Origin: an uncultured Fibrobacterota bacterium
GTDB taxonomy: Bacteria > Fibrobacterota > Chitinivibrionia > Chitinivibrionales > FEN-1185
NCBI GenBank assembly: GCA_963729895.1
Contig: CAVSQB010000006.1
Span: forward strand, 1-64,000
DNA length: 64,000 bases
Direction: 5' to 3'
In this document: piece by piece, positions 59,071 through 64,000 of the stretch
Position numbering within the stretch: the first letter of the stretch is position 1
How the letters are laid out: the number at the start of each line of letters is the position of its first letter
Made by a program: the position numbers and the translations under genes
Notes under the pieces: generated by a model
What the model was told of the DNA's origin: nothing
The model's database searches: none
Seen by the model: only the letters and a program-made list of their open reading frames with translations

Positions 59071-59236
59071 GGGCGTTTCCCTCGCTCCGCTCGGGTCGGC
59101 TCTCCCTCCGGGCCACCCCTTCGGGTGCTTCCAAGGGTCGTCGGCTGTTCAGCCTCGGTGCCGGACCTCTCTAATCGCCTGCGGCGAGGGTCGGCCGGCA
59201 CTGCTCTCCAGAGCACCCTGCGGTCCTGCCTAACGC
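59071..59236 (+). repeat. Structured repeat module F
   Basis: GGGCGTTTCCC...GGCCACCCCTTCGGG.GCTTCCAAGGGTCGTCGGCTG...GGTCCTGCCTAACGC, shared with the 13985 copy. Confidence 0.82.
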
Positions 59237-59438
59237 GAAAGCCAAAAACAACCGCAATCTGTCGGAAATCAAGAGTGAGCCTTCAAAACGTTTATAGACA
59301 ATAGCATTCTTGCGAGTCAACTGCAGTTAGAAAAGGCCTCTTGCAAATTGGACGTAAGCCTTGCAGCAGATACTACACTTTATCTACCGTCTATGCAGGC
59401 CAAGAGGAAACCCTGCCTTATGTAATAGGCACCTTGCT

Positions 59439-60398
59439 CTACCGGATTATCTTGAAAAGCCTGGTTATCCTAAACGTGGATTTTTTGTCGCCGGTTGCGC
59501 CGAACGACCACACAACGCCGATTACGCGGCCCTTCACGGACGCGGCAAGCACGGGCCCAAAGTACCGGGAATCGAACCCCTTTTGCCAATCGTCCGCAAG
59601 AAGGAATATACATGATTTGGTAAAAGTGTACCCGTACATCTTGACGCCCGATTGAAGCAGCGAGAAGGAGAGAAACACGTCTTTTCCCTTTTGTGAATGC
59701 TCCAGGTAGTCGCGCAGCCTGTCCCAGAAAAACCAGTCGAACTCGAACTTGGCGGGGACCGAATCGAGCGCTCCTTTGAACAAAGAGAAGTCGCGGACGC
59801 GCACGCTGTCCTGCAGGACGCCGCCCACAAACAGCGAGGGCCGGACGGCGAAATGCCCCTTTGGGTTTTCCTGGCGGATGAGCGCGGCGGCGAAAAAGAA
59901 ATCGCGCAAGGGGAGGGAGTCGAGGTTCACCCTTGTTCCCGGGCGCGGCAGGCAGTACGGGGGCATGGAATCGCGCGGGGAGTACTCGGGAGGCAGCAGT
60001 TCCTCGCCGGGCGCCTTGGAAGAAAAGGCCTGTGCGTGTTTGTTAAGGATACGGCACGCGCCGCCGCTTATCACGATTGTGTCGCCCGAAACGGCGGCCA
60101 CGCGCAGGCAGGATGGTTTTCCTGCGAGGACCGGGCTCCCAAATACTACCGGGCTCCGGCGGAACGGGACGAACCAGGCCGACAGGGGCACGGTGTGAAA
60201 CAGCTTGAACACCACTACCCGGTCCCCCTCGACGAGCGTGGGGGCCATCTGGTCGGTGCGGATGACGATGGTGTCGAGGATCAGGAGTTTTAACGCTGCG
60301 GAGGCAAGCGCAACAAGAAGAAGGTACTTTGCAATCCGGTACGTCACCATGCGCCCGTCAACAGGGGCGCCGACGCCGGGATCGCTTTCCGGGGCCAC
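59439..60398 (-). CDS. Signal peptidase I (S26)-like protein lacking the catalytic Ser and Lys; alternative start 60350
   Basis: TM helix; TDQMAPTL..GDRV; LRVAAVSGD; DSRYFGPV....KGRV; directly after lepA. Confidence 0.8.
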   Translation of the reverse strand: MAPESDPGVGAPVDGRMVTYRIAKYLLLVALASAALKLLILDTIVIRTDQMAPTLVEGDRVVVFKLFHTVPLSAWFVPFRRSPVVFGSPVLAGKPSCLRVAAVSGDTIVISGGACRILNKHAQAFSSKAPGEELLPPEYSPRDSMPPYCLPRPGTRVNLDSLPLRDFFFAAALIRQENPKGHFAVRPSLFVGGVLQDSVRVRDFSLFKGALDSVPAKFEFDWFFWDRLRDYLEHSQKGKDVFLSFSLLQSGVKMYGYTFTKSCIFLLADDWQKGFDSRYFGPVLAASVKGRVIGVVWSFGATGDKKSTFRITRLFKIIR

Positions 60399-60400
60399 GC

Positions 60401-62215
60401 CTACTCCCTGCTGAGCACCGCCAGGAACGCTTCCTGCGGTATTTCCACGTTGCCCACTTGCTTCATGCGCTTCTTGCCTTCTTTCTGCTTTTCGAGCAGC
60501 TTTCGTTTGCGCGTGATATCCCCGCCGTAGCATTTGGAGGTCACGTCTTTGCGGTAGGCCTTCACCGTGGTCCGCGCGATGACGCGGCCCCCGATTGCGG
60601 CCTGAATGGCAACCTCGTACTGCTGCCGCGGAATAAGCTCCTTGAGCTTGGAGGTTATCATCTGGCCGTACGAGTACGATTTCTCCTTGTGTATGATGGT
60701 TGAGAATGCATCCACGGGCGAGCCGTTGATGAGAATATCGAGCTTGACAAGATCGTTTTCCTGGAACGAGTCGAACTCGTAATCCATGGAGGCATAGCCC
60801 TTGGAAATGCTCTTGAGCGTGTCGAAGAAATCGATGATGATTTCCGAGAGCGGAATTTTGTAATTCATGCACACGCGCGTGGGCTCCAGGTATTCCATGG
60901 CGCCCATCACGCCGCGTTTCTCCTCGCACAGCTTCATGATGGCGCCCACAAACTCGGTGGGGGTGATGATCTGCACTTTGTCGATAGGCTCCGACACGGA
61001 TTCCAGGTAGTTGGGGGGCGGGAGCTTTGCCGGGCTCTCGATGTACAGTTCCTCTTTGTTGCGCGTGAGAATTTTGTACCTGACGTTGGGGACCGTGGTG
61101 ATGATGTTCACATTGTACTCGCGAAACAGCCGTTCCTGCACCACTTCCATGTGCAAGAGCCCCAGAAAGCCGGCCCGGAAGCCAAACCCCAGAGCCTCAG
61201 ACGTTTCCGGCACGTAGGTAAGCGAGGAGTCGTTGAGCGTAAGCTTTTCCAGAGACGAACGCAGGTTCTCGTAATCGTCTTTGTCAACAGGATAGATTCC
61301 CGAGAATACCATGGGCTTCACGTCCTTGTACCCCGCCACCGGCGCGTCGGCGCCGCCCGCCTTGGTGGTAATCGTGTCGCCGATCTTGAGCTCGGAAACG
61401 GTCTTGATATTTGCGATAACGTAGCCCACTTGACCCGGGGTGAGTTCGTCTTCAACGGTCCTGCCGAGACGGAAGTAGCCCACTTCCATGACCTCGTGCT
61501 CGTTGCCCGAGATGAAGAATCGCACCATGTCGCGCGCTTTGATTCGTCCGTCGAACACCCGGACGTAGGCTACCGCACCGCGGAACGCATCGAACTTCGA
61601 GTCGAACACAAGGGCCTTGAGCGGCTTGTCGGCGGAGCCGGCGGGCGGCGGGACCGCCACAACAATGCGTTCGAGAATGGCGTCCACGCCCATGCCCGAT
61701 TTTGCGCTGCAGCGGAGAATTGAGGCCGGGTCGGTGCCGAGCAGGTCTCCAATCTGGCGCGCCACGTCGTCCGGGTGGGCCGAGGGCAGGTCTATCTTGT
61801 TCATTACCGGGATGATTTCCAGATTGCCGTCGAGCGCCAGATACACATTGGTGAGCGTTTGCGCCTCGATGCCCTGGCTCGCGTCCACCACGAGTATGGC
61901 GCCTTCGCACGCGGCAAGCGAACGCGACACTTCGTACGAAAAGTCAACGTGGCCGGGCGTGTCGATGAGGTTGAAACAGTAATCGTGGCCGTCCGGTGCA
62001 TGGTAATTCATGCGCACCGGATGCGACTTGATGGTGATGCCGCGCTCGCGCTCGAGGTCCATGTCGTCGAGGATCTGGTCCTGCATCCTGTCCTTTGCCA
62101 CCGTGCCGGTAAGTTCGAGGAACCGGTCCGCCAGCGTGGATTTGCCGTGGTCGATATGCGCAATGATGCAGAAGTTACGGATGAATTTTGTGTCTTGCAA
62201 AAACGGATTCTCCAA
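60401..62215 (-). CDS. lepA: Elongation factor 4 (GTPase LepA)
   Basis: [55 protein letters not shown]. Confidence 0.98.
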   Translation of the reverse strand: MENPFLQDTKFIRNFCIIAHIDHGKSTLADRFLELTGTVAKDRMQDQILDDMDLERERGITIKSHPVRMNYHAPDGHDYCFNLIDTPGHVDFSYEVSRSLAACEGAILVVDASQGIEAQTLTNVYLALDGNLEIIPVMNKIDLPSAHPDDVARQIGDLLGTDPASILRCSAKSGMGVDAILERIVVAVPPPAGSADKPLKALVFDSKFDAFRGAVAYVRVFDGRIKARDMVRFFISGNEHEVMEVGYFRLGRTVEDELTPGQVGYVIANIKTVSELKIGDTITTKAGGADAPVAGYKDVKPMVFSGIYPVDKDDYENLRSSLEKLTLNDSSLTYVPETSEALGFGFRAGFLGLLHMEVVQERLFREYNVNIITTVPNVRYKILTRNKEELYIESPAKLPPPNYLESVSEPIDKVQIITPTEFVGAIMKLCEEKRGVMGAMEYLEPTRVCMNYKIPLSEIIIDFFDTLKSISKGYASMDYEFDSFQENDLVKLDILINGSPVDAFSTIIHKEKSYSYGQMITSKLKELIPRQQYEVAIQAAIGGRVIARTTVKAYRKDVTSKCYGGDITRKRKLLEKQKEGKKRMKQVGNVEIPQEAFLAVLSRE

Positions 62216-62343
62216 AAAGAATGAGTGATGATTTTATCGGCAGAAACAAGGAAAATACAACATGGGGGAGGGGTGCCAAGGTCGGCAAAATATTTTAGAG
62301 GATTCGAGTATGCAGCAAAGGTCACGGGGTCTAAATAAGATTT

Positions 62344-62739
62344 TGGATTGCCGAGCGGGTGCGGCCAAATATCGAATTACAAGAATGGGCGTTTCCCTCC
62401 CCTTGGAAAAGTCTCGGGGTCGGGTCGGTCTATTCTCAAGATTTACAAAATAAAAGTCTTAAAATGGTTTGCCGAGCGGGTGCGGCGTGGATGTACCCGC
62501 GGCAAGCCCGTACTCTCTGCTGCGCGCACCCTAGAACCACCCGATGATACTCAACTGCAAACGCGGCTTCAACTCATTACCTCCCAAACTCTTCAACTTC
62601 GCTTTTAGGTGCCCCCGCACAGGAGTTGACGCTTGCAACCGACCTTTCTTGGGGCCACCTGCGGAGGGGGTGTGCCCAAAGACCCCGCAGTCGCGCGAAG
62701 CGCGGCGAGGAGGCTTGGGGCCAGGGGGAAACTTCCCCC
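62344..62739 (+). repeat. Repeat cluster: R-type start (62344), truncated F (62387), full R module (62465-62543), L (62607-62660) and G (62663-62739)
   Basis: R copy matches the reverse complement of 14257-14335; L plus G matches the reverse complement of 272-393. Confidence 0.75.
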
Positions 62740-62765
62740 TTATAAACTTGCTTTCTATTTGGTTA

Positions 62766-64000
62766 CTAACGCAGTGCATCGGCAATTTCCTTTACCAGCG
62801 CCGGCAGCGACGGGTCGCGCGCGCCCATGACGAGCACCGCGTCGTCGGGGGAGCCATGTTGTTTGATGAGCGCAATAAGCTCCCGGCGGTCGGCCGGTGC
62901 GAACACGGTTTTCCCCTGCGCGGCCACGAGCGCGGCAATCTCGCCGGACGAGACGTCTTTCTGCGCGGTTCCTCCGGCGTAATAGATGGGGAGGAGGAAC
63001 AGCATGTCGCTGTCCGTCAATTCCTCGGCGAACATCGCGACGAGGTCGTCCTTGAGGAAACGGGTGGGACCAAAGCCGTGCGGCTGGAACACGGCAAGCA
63101 CGCGTTTCGCGAACCCCCGGGCAGTCCTGACCGCCGCCCGTATCTTTTCCGGATTGTGCGCGTAATCGTCGATGACGCGGATGCCGCGGGGCAAAAGCGT
63201 GACCGCAAAGCGGCGTTGCACGCCTTTGAACCGTGCAACCGCGGCGACAAGCGCCCGGGGGTCGCATGCGAACTGTTCGCACACGCACAGGGATGCCAGG
63301 AGGTTCGACAGATTGTGCCGTCCCGGCAGCGGAAGGGCATACACCGCGTTCCCTTTTGAAAAGGAGACCGCCGGCGATGTCGACAAAACACGGTCCGGCG
63401 CGAATGAGGCCGGACCCTGTGTGCCGAACGTCACCCGCGAGCCGAGGACGTCGAGCCGGCGGTCATCGGCATTTGCAACCACAACCGTCGATTGCCGCGC
63501 CAGCGTTGTGAAGAGATCAAGCGTTTCGTCAACCGGCTTGTGGTCTTTGGAGACATTAAGGAACACGCTCAGGTACGGGTGGTACTTGGCGCATGTGCCG
63601 TCGCTTTCGTCGGCCTCGATGACGAGAATGTCGGAGGTTCCCTTGAACGCGTTGCCGATAAGCCCCCGATCTTCCAGCCGGATGAGCCCGGCCCCTGTGA
63701 TAAGCGACGGGGCCTTGCCGCATCCGTCAAGAAACTCCCAGATCATGGCCGCAACGGTCGACTTCCCGCTCGTTCCGGCGACGGCGACGGTCGTTTTGGT
63801 CCGTACGATGGCGGCAAGGACATCCGACCGGTGGACAACGGGGATGCCGCGGACGCGCGCTGCGGCGATGTCGGGGTTGGTTTCCTCGATGGCGGTGGAC
63901 ACGACCAGCGCGTCGGCGCCGGCCGGGCCGGAGCCATCCTGGGCCGACAGAACGCAGCCGAGCGCGGCAAGCGCATCCCTCGTAGTCTTGACATCAGGAG
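62766..64000 (-). CDS. murC: UDP-N-acetylmuramate--L-alanine ligase-like protein (5' end outside the window)
   Basis: VVSTAI...NP, HRSDVLA, AGTSGKST, EADESDG, DH, GVQRRF, DDYAHNP, FQPH. Confidence 0.85.
   Translation of the reverse strand, partial: PDVKTTRDALAALGCVLSAQDGSGPAGADALVVSTAIEETNPDIAAARVRGIPVVHRSDVLAAIVRTKTTVAVAGTSGKSTVAAMIWEFLDGCGKAPSLITGAGLIRLEDRGLIGNAFKGTSDILVIEADESDGTCAKYHPYLSVFLNVSKDHKPVDETLDLFTTLARQSTVVVANADDRRLDVLGSRVTFGTQGPASFAPDRVLSTSPAVSFSKGNAVYALPLPGRHNLSNLLASLCVCEQFACDPRALVAAVARFKGVQRRFAVTLLPRGIRVIDDYAHNPEKIRAAVRTARGFAKRVLAVFQPHGFGPTRFLKDDLVAMFAEELTDSDMLFLLPIYYAGGTAQKDVSSGEIAALVAAQGKTVFAPADRRELIALIKQHGSPDDAVLVMGARDPSLPALVKEIADALR

Noticed and set aside
60399..60929. N-terminal extension of the 496-aa ORF 59439-60929
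   Set aside because: Overlaps lepA in another frame; the S26-like protein starts after the lepA stop.
1..64000. tRNA, rRNA, riboswitch, prophage, retron or DGR
   Set aside because: No cloverleaf or rRNA signature and no reverse transcriptase, recombinase or phage gene recognised by eye; a covariance-model scan is needed to exclude small RNAs.

Overview
GC-rich bacterial chromosomal window, probably Fibrobacterota (Chitinivibrionales-like). This is inferred from the tandem fibro-slime proteins and several secreted proteins with a C-terminal sorting-like tail. Housekeeping genes include tsaD, nifU, a liv-type ABC operon, trxB, rpmB, trpBA, lepA, a murC-like gene, a pseudouridine synthase and several radical SAM genes including arsS. 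The IS load is heavy: four copies of a 1312-bp IS5-family element (one partial), two copies of a 1305-bp rve/ISNCY-like element (one carrying a nested IS1380), and one IS3. The most unusual signal is non-coding. A small stand-alone GIY-YIG nuclease gene sits inside an array of eight hairpins that share an invariant internal loop (GAGTR / GTATCGA). The same motif recurs, nested, at three distant intergenic sites, suggesting a REP/RAYT-like repeat-nuclease system. At least four other structured repeat modules, several with compensatory base changes, assemble into composite MITE/BIME-like elements in many intergenic gaps. Also seen: a trxB 3' tail duplicated with only synonymous differences around a LamG gene, a catalytically dead signal-peptidase paralog after lepA, a pseudo-receiver, and a zinc-ribbon mini-ORF missing from the ORF track.
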